Assembly: GCA_036513255.1 (NCBI GenBank)
Contig: DATBZH010000037.1
Location: forward strand, 15,542 to 79,541
Source of the DNA: Candidatus Sulfotelmatobacter sp.
Lineage (GTDB): Bacteria > Acidobacteriota > Terriglobia > Terriglobales > Acidobacteriaceae
Length of the DNA stretch: 64,000 nt
Reading direction: 5' to 3'
Shown: positions 27,567 to 36,437 of the stretch, piece after piece
Layout: every line of letters starts with the position of its first letter
Numbering within the stretch: the first letter of the stretch is position 1
The notes under the pieces: generated by a model
The model's input: the letters and a program-made list of their open reading frames with translations, nothing else
The model's database searches: none
Told to the model about the DNA's origin: nothing
Position numbers and translations under genes: made by a program

Positions 27567-28577
27567 ATGATTTTCTCCTCAAGTCGAGTTTTGGCTGGTA
27601 CTGCGTTTTTTTCACTTTTACTGGTTTTCCTACCCTGCGCGCGCGGCGAAGATTGCCAAACGTCCAGCGATATGGATGAAGGGACGCGTTCGGCCCTGAC
27701 GAGCGCAGGCCAGCGCTACTTCGGCATGATCGCGAAGGGGGACACGGCCTCGCTGAAGGCAAATTCCATCCCGAACGTCGCGTCTGATTTTTCCGGCATT
27801 GAGGGGACGATCAAGGAGAATCAGCCGAAATTGGCGGGAACTCAAGCTACGGCGCGGCCGCCTTTTCTGCTCGACGCGCCCGGCACGGCGCCAATCGCGC
27901 ACGCGGAATTTTTTTGCGGGGTCTTCGGCAAGAGCGGGCAAACTTCCAATAGCGCCGCTTTTTATTTGAACAATCTGCCGCCGGGCAAGTATGGAGTGGT
28001 CTTGCTCGACGCCGCTGCGGCTAAGCCTCCCGAGACGGTGTCGTTCATTCTGCAGCAGGTGGGAACGGACTGGAAGCTGGGCGGGCTCTATGTAAAGTCA
28101 TTGCAGTTTGCCGGACACGACAGCGATTGGTTCATTACTCATGCCCGGGAATACAAGACCAAGGGCCAGGTGCATAATGCCTGGTTTTATTTTCTGGAAG
28201 CGCGAGACCTAATTTCGCCTCTGCCGTTTATGAGCACGGCCACGACCGACAAGCTCTATGACGAATCGAAGGGAATGCAACCGGCCGATGTTCCGGCGGA
28301 AGGAAAGACCGCGAGTCTTTCTGCCAGCACGACCACGTATCAATTGACTGCGTTGTTTCCTGAAGCCGTGGGCAACGATCTGGACTTGATTGTGAAATAT
28401 TCGGCCAGCGATGTGTCGAATACGAATCTGACGTATGCCAGCAATGTCGCGGTTATGAAGGCTCTAGTGGCGAAATATCCAGAGGTGCGGGATGCGTTTG
28501 CCGCCGTAGTGGCGCGGGCGGTCGACCCCAGTGGGCGCGATTACGGGACTATGCTGCCGATGAAGGATATTAAGTAA
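27567..28577 (+). CDS. secreted hypothetical protein
   Basis: AAGGAG lies 8 nt upstream of the ATG at 27567. The signal peptide is MIFSSSRVLAGTAFFSLLLVFLPCARG. No family was recognised. Confidence 0.55.
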   Translation: MIFSSSRVLAGTAFFSLLLVFLPCARGEDCQTSSDMDEGTRSALTSAGQRYFGMIAKGDTASLKANSIPNVASDFSGIEGTIKENQPKLAGTQATARPPFLLDAPGTAPIAHAEFFCGVFGKSGQTSNSAAFYLNNLPPGKYGVVLLDAAAAKPPETVSFILQQVGTDWKLGGLYVKSLQFAGHDSDWFITHAREYKTKGQVHNAWFYFLEARDLISPLPFMSTATTDKLYDESKGMQPADVPAEGKTASLSASTTTYQLTALFPEAVGNDLDLIVKYSASDVSNTNLTYASNVAVMKALVAKYPEVRDAFAAVVARAVDPSGRDYGTMLPMKDIK

Positions 28578-28671
28578 GACGAGGCAGTGGTAGAAACGCC
28601 TTGCCAGGCCCGAGGGTAGCGCCCGGCGGGCGTAGGGTTCTTCGCTTCGCTCAGAATGACAGAGTCGATGT

Positions 28672-29661
28672 TTAGGCTCCGCCTCCTGTTTTTACTTCTT
28701 CCAGCGTGCAGTCACTGGGATCTTTATCATCGCGCAAGCCTAGAAAAACTGGGGCGCGTAACTTCGGTCCGCTTCCGCTGGTCGCGCCCTCAGTCCAATC
28801 GGCGAACTCAATCTCGGCTACCAGTTCCGGTTTGACCCAATAGACTTTGCGCAGAGCTTCCACTTTGCCGGGGAAGGGATTTTGTTTTGTCTCCAGCTTC
28901 TTCAGGCGGCTCCAGACTTCGGCCAGGGTCTTCTGATCGAAGCCGCTGCCTGCCTGGCCCACATGGATCAAATTCTTCTTCTTGTCATAGAGTCCCAGAA
29001 CGATTGATCCAAAATGCGCGCGAGTGCCTTCGGGTTCTGTATATCCTCCGATGACGCATTCGATGCGATGCGTGATCTTGATCTTGAGCCATTCTCGGCT
29101 GCGCTGCTCGTGATAAGGGCTGTCGCGGCGCTTGGCCAGAATGCCTTCCAGGCCTTTTTCCCGCGCCATTGCAAAGAGCGCTTTGCCTTGCTCTTCGTAG
29201 TGATCGGAATAACGCATGGAATCGCCCGGCGTGAGCAAGGACGCAAGCTTCCGCTTGCGCTCTTCGAGCGAGACGCGGCGCAGATCGTAGCCATCGAGAT
29301 AAAGAAGGTCAAAGACGTAATAGAGCACAGGCACATCGGCTTTGGCGACAGTGCGGCGGCCGCCGGGACGAAATCCCGTGCGCTGCTGCATCAGGCTGAA
29401 AGAAGGTCTTCCCTGCTCGTCGAGCGCGACCACCTCACCGTCGAGAATCGCGGTCTTCGCCTTGACCAACTGCGGCAGATCTTTCAGTTCGGGATAACGC
29501 GCCGTCAGATCATTCTGATTGCGTGAAACCAGGCGCGCTTTTCCGTCTTCGATAAACGCGACAGCGCGATAGCCGTCCCACTTGATTTCAAACAACCACT
29601 CGGGGCCGTCAAAGGGCTCATCGACGGGCGTGGCCAGCATAGGATGGATCGTGGACGGCAT
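28672..29661 (-). CDS. ligD: ATP-dependent DNA ligase, LigD ligase domain
   Basis: 329 aa. The adenylation motif I is WLFEIKWDGYRAV (KxDG), followed by EGILAKR and an OB domain. The reading frame stays open upstream to 29856 (see finding). Confidence 0.85.
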   Translation of the reverse strand: MPSTIHPMLATPVDEPFDGPEWLFEIKWDGYRAVAFIEDGKARLVSRNQNDLTARYPELKDLPQLVKAKTAILDGEVVALDEQGRPSFSLMQQRTGFRPGGRRTVAKADVPVLYYVFDLLYLDGYDLRRVSLEERKRKLASLLTPGDSMRYSDHYEEQGKALFAMAREKGLEGILAKRRDSPYHEQRSREWLKIKITHRIECVIGGYTEPEGTRAHFGSIVLGLYDKKKNLIHVGQAGSGFDQKTLAEVWSRLKKLETKQNPFPGKVEALRKVYWVKPELVAEIEFADWTEGATSGSGPKLRAPVFLGLRDDKDPSDCTLEEVKTGGGA

Positions 29662-29806
29662 TGGCCGTTTGACGGCGCCGTCGAGGTCAGAAGTTTTAAA
29701 CGCAGAGACCGCAGAGGACGCCGAGGGTTTTGAACTTTTCTTACTCTGAGCAGGGGGTGCGGACGGTAAATCGAGTTCGGACGAGAGCGTGGTATCGTCG
29801 TTATTT

Positions 29807-29838
29807 TTCTCGGAGGCCTTTGCGTTCTCGGCGTTTAA
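29807..29838. repeat. REP-like arm copy at the LigD domain junction
   Basis: TTCTCGGAGGCCTTTGCGTTCTCGGCGTTTAA compared with 21671-21702 GTCTCGGCGTGCTCTGCGTTCTCGGCGATTAA. The two share TCTCGG and a 12-nt identical core GCGTTCTCGGCG. Both are followed by TGT and a T-rich stretch. Confidence 0.65.
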
Positions 29839-30569
29839 TGTTTTTTTTTTGCGCCGCTAGTCGCGGCTTTCTTGTCGAGTTTTGCCACCGCATCGGCCAG
29901 CCAAGCAGCTTTTAGTTTGCCGCGTCCCGAGGGCTTGCTTCGCCATTCCGCCGATCCCTGATCGCCGGCAATTTCGGCCAAACTGCGTTTGCTCAGAACC
30001 GACGAATCGAACCCATCGATGTCGAATCCTTCTACTACGTCGTCGTCATGCTTCTTGATCATTAACCATTCGTTGCCTTTGCTTCCCGGTCGCCGACCGC
30101 GCATCTTAACTAGGGCGAAGTCTCCCTTGAGCCGTTTGCCTGCCAGGCGAAATTTCAAATCGCCTTTCGCCAGCATCGCCGCCGCTTCGGCTTCGGTGCC
30201 TGGCACGTATTTTCCGTTTACTGGCAAGGGTGAGCGCGGCTGCCAAGTGCCAACATCCCATACCATCACCGTACCTGCGCCGTAGTTATTCTCGGGAATG
30301 ATCCCTTCGAAGTCGAAGTAGGAGACCGGGTGATCTTCCACCTGCATGGCCAGCCGCTTGTCCGCGGGATCAAGCGACGGGCCTTTGGGGACGGCCCAAG
30401 ATTTCAAAACGCCTTCCATCTCCAGGCGAAAATCGTAGTGCAAGCGGGTGGCGTCGTGTTTCTGCACGACAAAGCGATTTCCTGCTTTTTTTTCGAGCTT
30501 GGCCGGAGGTTCAGGCGTGTCCTGGAATCGTCGTTTGCGTGCGTACTCTTCGAGGGCCATGAATGCCAA
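29835..30569 (-). CDS. ligD: LigD 3'-phosphoesterase (PE) domain protein
   Basis: 244 aa. YARKRRFQDTPEP, FVVQKHDATRLHYDFRLE and LKSWAVPKGPS are the LigD PE-domain signatures. It ends ...GAKKKH* inside an A10 run. Confidence 0.85.
   Translation of the reverse strand: MAFMALEEYARKRRFQDTPEPPAKLEKKAGNRFVVQKHDATRLHYDFRLEMEGVLKSWAVPKGPSLDPADKRLAMQVEDHPVSYFDFEGIIPENNYGAGTVMVWDVGTWQPRSPLPVNGKYVPGTEAEAAAMLAKGDLKFRLAGKRLKGDFALVKMRGRRPGSKGNEWLMIKKHDDDVVEGFDIDGFDSSVLSKRSLAEIAGDQGSAEWRSKPSGRGKLKAAWLADAVAKLDKKAATSGAKKKH
29841..29850 (-). other. A10 homopolymer (T10 on + strand) at the PE / ligase frame junction
   Basis: Counted directly as ten consecutive T at 29841-29850. The PE frame reads GCA AAA AAA AAA CAT TAA. 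The ligase frame reads CGC AAA AAA AAA ACA TTA AAC. Confidence 0.9.
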
Positions 30570-30678
30570 TTGTAGAATAATCCCCTGCTCTCGCTTCGAA
30601 AACCAGCCCAGGCGTTGCGTCCAACTTTTGAAACTCGCCTAACCCGTTCAGATTAAACACTTTAGAAGCACCTTGTTG

Positions 30679-30708
30679 TTGACAGGAATCACGCATTCCG
30701 AGTACACT
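30679..30708 (+). promoter_or_regulatory. candidate sigma70-type promoter for the large secreted protein
   Basis: TTGACA (30679-30684), an 18-nt spacer, then TACACT (30703-30708). This would give a leader of about 95 nt before the ATG at 30808. Confidence 0.35.
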
Positions 30709-30807
30709 AAAGGGAGTTTATCCCTACGGGCTTTAGCTAGCCTCCCCTCCCTTAGTAGAAAACTGGGTAGACCCACGGAAACTTCCGTTCGAACCGGAGA
30801 AATCGTA

Positions 30808-33612
30808 ATGGGCACAGCTAGCTCCACTCTGCTACGGGTTTCGGCGTTTTTGCTCCTTGCAGCCGGCTTTTCCGCGCACGCCCAAACCGTCACGACCTTT
30901 GAGGGAATTGACGCTTCGCAATTGTCCAAACCGCTGCTGGACTTTGATCCCAATGGCGCGGTCGGAACCAAGCAGTATATGGAGTGGGTCGATGTTTATT
31001 ACCAGGCCTGGAGCACGACCAGTCCGTTTACCGCGGTTTGGTCCAAGCCGCAAGTTGGCACCACGCCTTTTACAGCCAACGGCCTCACGAATTGCTCCAC
31101 CGTCAATGGCGACGGTATCGTCAACTTCGACCGGCTCGCGTCGCGCTGGATCATTGCCGGCCACAATCAATTAACCTCGACGATAACTAGCTATTACTAC
31201 TGCGTCGCTATTTCCAACACCGACGACCTGACTTCGAGCAATCTTCAGTGGTTCACTTATGCGTTCCCCTTGAATTCCATTCTCGGGACCAATTCCCAGG
31301 GCACTCTGTATTTCCCCGACTGGCCCAAAATCGGTACCTGGTCCGATGCCTACTATGTGGGAATGGACTTTCAAGACACCAATAACGGCTTTCAGGAAGA
31401 TGGCGTAGTCGCCTGTGCGCTGGACCGCTCCGACATGCTGATTGGCGCTACCGCGCTGCCTCCACAGTGCTTTCGCACTCCGACGAGCGGCGGCAGCCTG
31501 TTTACCGCGCACAGTCTTGAGCCGGCCGATGTGGAAGGCACGACCGCGCCGCCGGCGGGCAGTCCCGAATATTTCGTGAGCATCCAGAATCCAGTCATTG
31601 ATGGCGTCACGACCACTTCCGACACATTTAACCTGTGGCAGTTCCATGTGGATTGGTCGAACCCGGCGAACTCCACGTTCACCGAAAGTACCGTCTCTGC
31701 GCCGGTTTACACGCCGGGGTGTTACAACGTCAGGTTTCCTACCAATACGGTTTGCGTTCCTGAGCCTTCGACGGCGAGTACCAACCAGCCCATCGATTCC
31801 GTTGGCGACCGTTTCATGTGGCGCTTGGCTTACCGGAATTTTGGCACTTACCAGTCGTATCTCGCCAGCCACACCGTGCAAGTTGGCACCGGAGCCTTGA
31901 GCCAGACCGGAATCCGCTGGTATGAACTGCGCGGCAACGGCGTGCCCGCCATTTTTCAGTCGGGAACAGTCAGCCCCGATTCGTCACTGTACCGCTTCAT
32001 GCCCAGCATCGCGCAGGACCAGAGTGCGAATGCAGCCGTAGGTTACAGCGTCTCCAGCGCTTCGACGCATCCCGGCATCCGCGCTTCCTATTGGAATCTG
32101 ACGAATCAGACTACGCCCACCGAGCTTTCGCTGTTTAGCGGAGCGGGGGACGAAGAAAATTCTTACAAATGGGGCGACTACACCAGCATGACCGTTGATC
32201 CCGTTGGCGGCTGCGCTTTCTGGTATGTGAACGAATATTTCAACACCAATCAGACAGGCACGGGAAAACCAATCTGGCAGACGCGCATTTCAACGTTCAC
32301 CCTGCCGTCATGCGGAACAGTGACGGTGTCGCCCACGAGTCTGACGTTTGGTTCGCAGGCGGTGGGAACGACGAGCGCGACACAGAACGTCACGCTTACC
32401 AACACCCTCAGCACCGCTTTGACCATCAACAATATTTTTGGCAGCGGGACGAACCTCTCAGATTTTGGGCAGTCGAATGACTGCGGGTCGAGCGTTCCCG
32501 CCGGTGATTCCTGCACCATCGGCATAACCTTCACGCCCACTGGCACGGGCACTCGAACCGCTACTCTGAACATTTCCGATAGCGCCGGCAACAGCCCGCA
32601 AACTGTGGCTCTGACCGGCACGGGAACCAATTCTGCGACCATTAGCCTTTCCACCACCAGCATCAATTTCGGCAATCAGGCTTACGGCACGACGAGTGGA
32701 GCGTCGCAAATCACCGTCAACAATACGGGTGCCTCGACCGTAACTTTTTCGAGCATTGGACTTACGGGAACGAATGCTGCCAGCTTTGGCGAGAGCGACA
32801 ACTGCGTACCCACACTGGCGGCCGGCAAAACCTGCGCCATCAACGTAACTTTCAGTCCTGCAGCGGCAGCCAGCTATAGCGCTGCGGTCACTCTGACTGA
32901 CAATGCCGCCAACAGCCCGCAGAATGTTTCGCTGACGGGAACTGGAATTGTGCCAGTCACTCTTTCGGCGAGCAGCCTGGGCTTTGGCACGGTTCTGGTG
33001 GGCAGCAGCAGCACGGCTTCGCCAGTAACACTGAACAATAAGATGTCGGTGGCGTTGACCGGCATTACAGTGGCCGCGACAGGGACCGGGTTTAGCCAGA
33101 CCAATACTTGCGGCAGCAGCGTCGCCGCCGGAGGACAGTGCAAGATCACGGTCACCTTCACGCCAACCGTCGCCGGCTCTGAAACAGGCGCGGTCACCAT
33201 TACCGACAATGCAGCCAACAGTCCGCAGAAGCTTGCGCTGACGGCTTTCGGCCAACTGCCCGTGAATTTGAATCCAACGGCGTTGGCATTTGGCACGGTC
33301 AAGGTTGGCGCGACCAGCGCCAGCAAGTCCGTGGTCGTGGGCAACAATGAGAAGACTACGCTCACCCTCAGCAGCATCGTTCTGGGCGGAGCGGATCCTG
33401 GCGACTTTTCGCAGACCGGCAACACGTGTGGTGCAACGCTGGCCGCCGGCGCCACGTGCACGCTGACCTACACGTTTGCTCCAGCAAAGATCGGCGCACG
33501 CACCGCTACGGTTACACTTACAGATAGCGCTTTGACTAGCCCGCAAGTTATAAAGCTCAACGGCACGGGCCAGACGGCAACGATCGTCAAGGCCAGACTG
33601 ATAAGGCCCTAA
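30808..33612 (+). CDS. large secreted protein with four C-terminal choice-of-anchor-D (HYDIN/ASH-like Ig) repeats
   Basis: GGAGA lies upstream of the ATG at 30808. The signal peptide is MGTASSTLLRVSAFLLLAAGFSAHAQ. An N-terminal region of about 500 aa has no recognised motif. Four repeats of about 105 aa follow (32317-33573), each with L.FG...VG..S....V.L.N......FS....C...LAAG.SC...V.F.P...G...A.L...D.A..SPQ...L.G.G. Confidence 0.8.
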   Translation: MGTASSTLLRVSAFLLLAAGFSAHAQTVTTFEGIDASQLSKPLLDFDPNGAVGTKQYMEWVDVYYQAWSTTSPFTAVWSKPQVGTTPFTANGLTNCSTVNGDGIVNFDRLASRWIIAGHNQLTSTITSYYYCVAISNTDDLTSSNLQWFTYAFPLNSILGTNSQGTLYFPDWPKIGTWSDAYYVGMDFQDTNNGFQEDGVVACALDRSDMLIGATALPPQCFRTPTSGGSLFTAHSLEPADVEGTTAPPAGSPEYFVSIQNPVIDGVTTTSDTFNLWQFHVDWSNPANSTFTESTVSAPVYTPGCYNVRFPTNTVCVPEPSTASTNQPIDSVGDRFMWRLAYRNFGTYQSYLASHTVQVGTGALSQTGIRWYELRGNGVPAIFQSGTVSPDSSLYRFMPSIAQDQSANAAVGYSVSSASTHPGIRASYWNLTNQTTPTELSLFSGAGDEENSYKWGDYTSMTVDPVGGCAFWYVNEYFNTNQTGTGKPIWQTRISTFTLPSCGTVTVSPTSLTFGSQAVGTTSATQNVTLTNTLSTALTINNIFGSGTNLSDFGQSNDCGSSVPAGDSCTIGITFTPTGTGTRTATLNISDSAGNSPQTVALTGTGTNSATISLSTTSINFGNQAYGTTSGASQITVNNTGASTVTFSSIGLTGTNAASFGESDNCVPTLAAGKTCAINVTFSPAAAASYSAAVTLTDNAANSPQNVSLTGTGIVPVTLSASSLGFGTVLVGSSSTASPVTLNNKMSVALTGITVAATGTGFSQTNTCGSSVAAGGQCKITVTFTPTVAGSETGAVTITDNAANSPQKLALTAFGQLPVNLNPTALAFGTVKVGATSASKSVVVGNNEKTTLTLSSIVLGGADPGDFSQTGNTCGATLAAGATCTLTYTFAPAKIGARTATVTLTDSALTSPQVIKLNGTGQTATIVKARLIRP

Positions 33613-33685
33613 TCGCAGAATACGGAACATGGAGGCCTGCACTCCATGTTCCCCTTCTGCACGTTATAATCCGCTTTCATTCCGC

Positions 33686-34129
33686 ATGAAACGCGAATTC
33701 CCCGAAACCCCACTAGTCGGAGTGGGCGCTGTAATCATCGACTTCGCCGGAGAAGCCGCGCGCGTGGTTTTGGTGAAGCGGGCGCATCCGCCCTTGCAGG
33801 CGCAGTGGTCGATTCCCGGAGGCGTGCTCGAAGTTGGAGAATTGGTGCGCGAGGCGGCGATGCGTGAGGCTCTCGAAGAGACCGGACTCGTCGTGGAAGC
33901 GGGCGAGTTGCTGGGCGTCTATGACCGCGTTCTGCGAAATGCGGAACAGCGTGTGCAATACCACTACGTGCTGATCGACTTCTTGTGCCGGCGAATTTCC
34001 GGTGAATTGCGAGCGGGGAGCGATGCTGCCGAGGTGCGATGGTTCAGGCGCGAAGAATTGGCTGCGCTTAAGCTGGCGGAGGATACGTTGGATGTGATTG
34101 GGAAGGGATTTGAGAAGGCACATTGTTAG
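33686..34129 (+). CDS. NUDIX hydrolase
   Basis: The Nudix box is GGVLEVGELVREAAMREALEETG. The ATG at 33686 lies 15 nt after a TATAAT hexamer (33665-33670). The ORF-track start is at 33629. Confidence 0.8.
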   Translation: MKREFPETPLVGVGAVIIDFAGEAARVVLVKRAHPPLQAQWSIPGGVLEVGELVREAAMREALEETGLVVEAGELLGVYDRVLRNAEQRVQYHYVLIDFLCRRISGELRAGSDAAEVRWFRREELAALKLAEDTLDVIGKGFEKAHC

Positions 34130-34221
34130 CCGGGCGCCTGGAAGAGATAGGCCGCGTAGCTGTTTACATGAATTAAGGTGTAGCAAAGCGGGTGTCACTG
34201 TAAACCATCATGGCGATATAG

Positions 34222-34953
34222 ATGCGGGTATCTCTCTTCAATATTGTTGCGCGAATACTGGTCGCTGCAACCTTATGCTTGGTTCCATCCATAGTGTGGT
34301 CCTCAAGCGATGACGATCAGTGGAACAACGTCAAACGACTCAGCCACCGTACCACCTACATCTTCGTTGCACGTGACCATAGCTGCGCGCTGGGTAAAAT
34401 CAAGCGCATCGACGATTCAGGTATTACGGTCGTGCGCCGCAACTCTCCTGAGGTTACGATTCTGCGGGCTGACTTACTACGGATCACAATAAACGCGTGG
34501 GTACCTAACGTCGTCTATACTGCCAGAAGCTCATGGATTGACGTTACGTTTCTCGCGGGAAAGTACTTCCACCCATACATCGCGGTTCTCACAAAGTCTG
34601 GACAAAAGCACGAGGGCAAACTGCGCGGCGCCTCCGATACAGCCGTGATTCTCGAAAGCGCCTCAGGCGCTGTAGACATTAACAAGAACGAGATTTCCAC
34701 GGTTAACTATATTCGGCCCAGCCCACTCAGCGACTCTGCGGCTAACTCCGATGATGAGCTTGCTTGGATGAAGATTTTTGATCCTCAGCTATGGCCAAAG
34801 ATGCTGCATCTCGAACCGGTTATGTCTGTTCGTCTGTACGACGCGTCGTTCCCAGAAGACGACTCTACGATCGTGTGCAAAAATAATCCTTGGAGTCAGA
34901 AGCAACCTGGCTTGGACGTGACGAGGCCAGCATATATACCCAAGACCCACTAG
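34222..34953 (+). CDS. secreted hypothetical protein
   Basis: 243 aa. The N-terminal hydrophobic leader is MRVSLFNIVARILVAATLCLVPSIVWS. No family was recognised. Confidence 0.5.
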   Translation: MRVSLFNIVARILVAATLCLVPSIVWSSSDDDQWNNVKRLSHRTTYIFVARDHSCALGKIKRIDDSGITVVRRNSPEVTILRADLLRITINAWVPNVVYTARSSWIDVTFLAGKYFHPYIAVLTKSGQKHEGKLRGASDTAVILESASGAVDINKNEISTVNYIRPSPLSDSAANSDDELAWMKIFDPQLWPKMLHLEPVMSVRLYDASFPEDDSTIVCKNNPWSQKQPGLDVTRPAYIPKTH

Positions 34954-36338
34954 CGCACTATATGCCCAGCTTGTTTTTTCTCGTCTTCCGCAGCCCCGCG
35001 CCGGATGAAGTAATGCCACTTATCCATCGCTGCAGGCACGGCCACGTCAAAAAATCCAACCATCATTTCATCGGAAGTCTGATCGCCCCAGGTCACGGTC
35101 TTCTCGGGATTGGGATTGTGCGGATTGTTTTTTGAATTGTCGTACCAGGCGACGGCGCGCAGGCGCGTGCCGGCTTTGAGCGGGCGCGGCTCGGCCAGGC
35201 GATAACTCAATTGCCAGTGAAAGTGATAGTTCACGCGCAGCAGTGGCTCGATTGTGCCGTCCTCGTGCACGATGTCATATTCAAATCGCTTGCCGCGCAG
35301 GTGCATGTGCGGGAACAAACTGAGCAGAGTGGCGTCATTGGGCAGAGTGCCTGCAACCTCCACGCGGAAATTGTCGGCTCCGGGAGGAATCACGAGCGCG
35401 TGATTGTTGAGTTGGAGCGTGATGACACGTTGCTTCGGCGGGCTCTTGGCAAAGACCAGGCCCATGCTCGTCTGATCTTCGGCCGCCGTGCCGTTTGTGG
35501 TGTAGTGCATTTGGAACACGAGGTCTGATCCCGCAGGAACAAACTTCGCCATGCTGTCGGGCCATTGATCGGGAGAACTTCCCGGCGCATAGACGAGAAG
35601 CAGATCGCTGGTAGTTTCATGCGCCTGCCGGCGCTCGTCGGGATCGGTGAGCATCGAAGCAGTGAACGGAGATCCCGCGGGTGCGTGCCTCAGCCACGTC
35701 GAGTCGGGCGGGCGAATGTACACCACGGCGTGGTGGACATGATCGGGCGCGGATGGACGCATCTCCGCCATCTGCACCCAGCGATCTTCCGCGAAATGCG
35801 TGGGCACGATCTCGTACGTGTATTCGACTTCGCCGTTGGCCGGAAGTACGACGGGCTTGGGCATGATCACGACGAGATCAGGCTGGGCGATATTCCATCC
35901 GCTCGCCCATTTCTTGGGCGACGGGGCGTCGTGTGGATCGCCGGCGGGCGCTTTGTTTTCCGCCCACGTCACCAACGTTTGAATTTGCTGATCGGTCAGC
36001 GAGGGATCGTTGGCGAAATGTCCGTAGCGGGGATCGGCAAACCACGGCGGCATCATCTTCATCGCGACGGCGGCACCGATTTTGCGCGCAACGGGCTGAA
36101 CCTGCTCGTAAGTGACGAGCGGCAGGTCGGCGATTTCGCCAGGCCGGTGGCAACTCTGACAGTGGTTCTGCAAGATGGGAAGAACATCGCGATAGAACGT
36201 GGGCGAAGCCAATTTGCTTTCGTGCTGATCAGTCGCGGGAGACGAGTTTTGGTGTTTTTCGAGAAGGCGGATGGGCAACGCCACTATGCACCCAGCGTAG
36301 AGAAAACATGCCAATCGATGAGCGATCGTGCCTCGCAC
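34950..36338 (-). CDS. heme-c (CxxCH) domain fused to a PHM/DBH-like copper type II monooxygenase-like domain
   Basis: 462 aa. FYRDVLPILQNHCQSCHRPGEIADLPL is a planctomycete-type cytochrome c motif. Candidate Cu ligands are HHAVVY ... FQMHY (CuH-like) and HMHLRGK ... SDEMMVGF (CuM-like). Confidence 0.6.
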   Translation of the reverse strand: MRGTIAHRLACFLYAGCIVALPIRLLEKHQNSSPATDQHESKLASPTFYRDVLPILQNHCQSCHRPGEIADLPLVTYEQVQPVARKIGAAVAMKMMPPWFADPRYGHFANDPSLTDQQIQTLVTWAENKAPAGDPHDAPSPKKWASGWNIAQPDLVVIMPKPVVLPANGEVEYTYEIVPTHFAEDRWVQMAEMRPSAPDHVHHAVVYIRPPDSTWLRHAPAGSPFTASMLTDPDERRQAHETTSDLLLVYAPGSSPDQWPDSMAKFVPAGSDLVFQMHYTTNGTAAEDQTSMGLVFAKSPPKQRVITLQLNNHALVIPPGADNFRVEVAGTLPNDATLLSLFPHMHLRGKRFEYDIVHEDGTIEPLLRVNYHFHWQLSYRLAEPRPLKAGTRLRAVAWYDNSKNNPHNPNPEKTVTWGDQTSDEMMVGFFDVAVPAAMDKWHYFIRRGAAEDEKKQAGHIVR

Positions 36339-36437
36339 TCAGACCTCCGATTCCAGTGTGCCACAGGCACGCGGCGCACCGCTTGCAGCAAGCTTTATCG
36401 AGCGAAGCTTCCCGGCAAAATGCTACATTGAGCATTC

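Noticed and set aside
28640-28671. GTTCTTCGCTTCGCTCAGAATGACAG as a further dispersed repeat family
   Set aside because: It looks like a motif I have seen in soil-bacterial intergenic regions. Only one copy occurs in this window, so nothing can be supported from the sequence alone.
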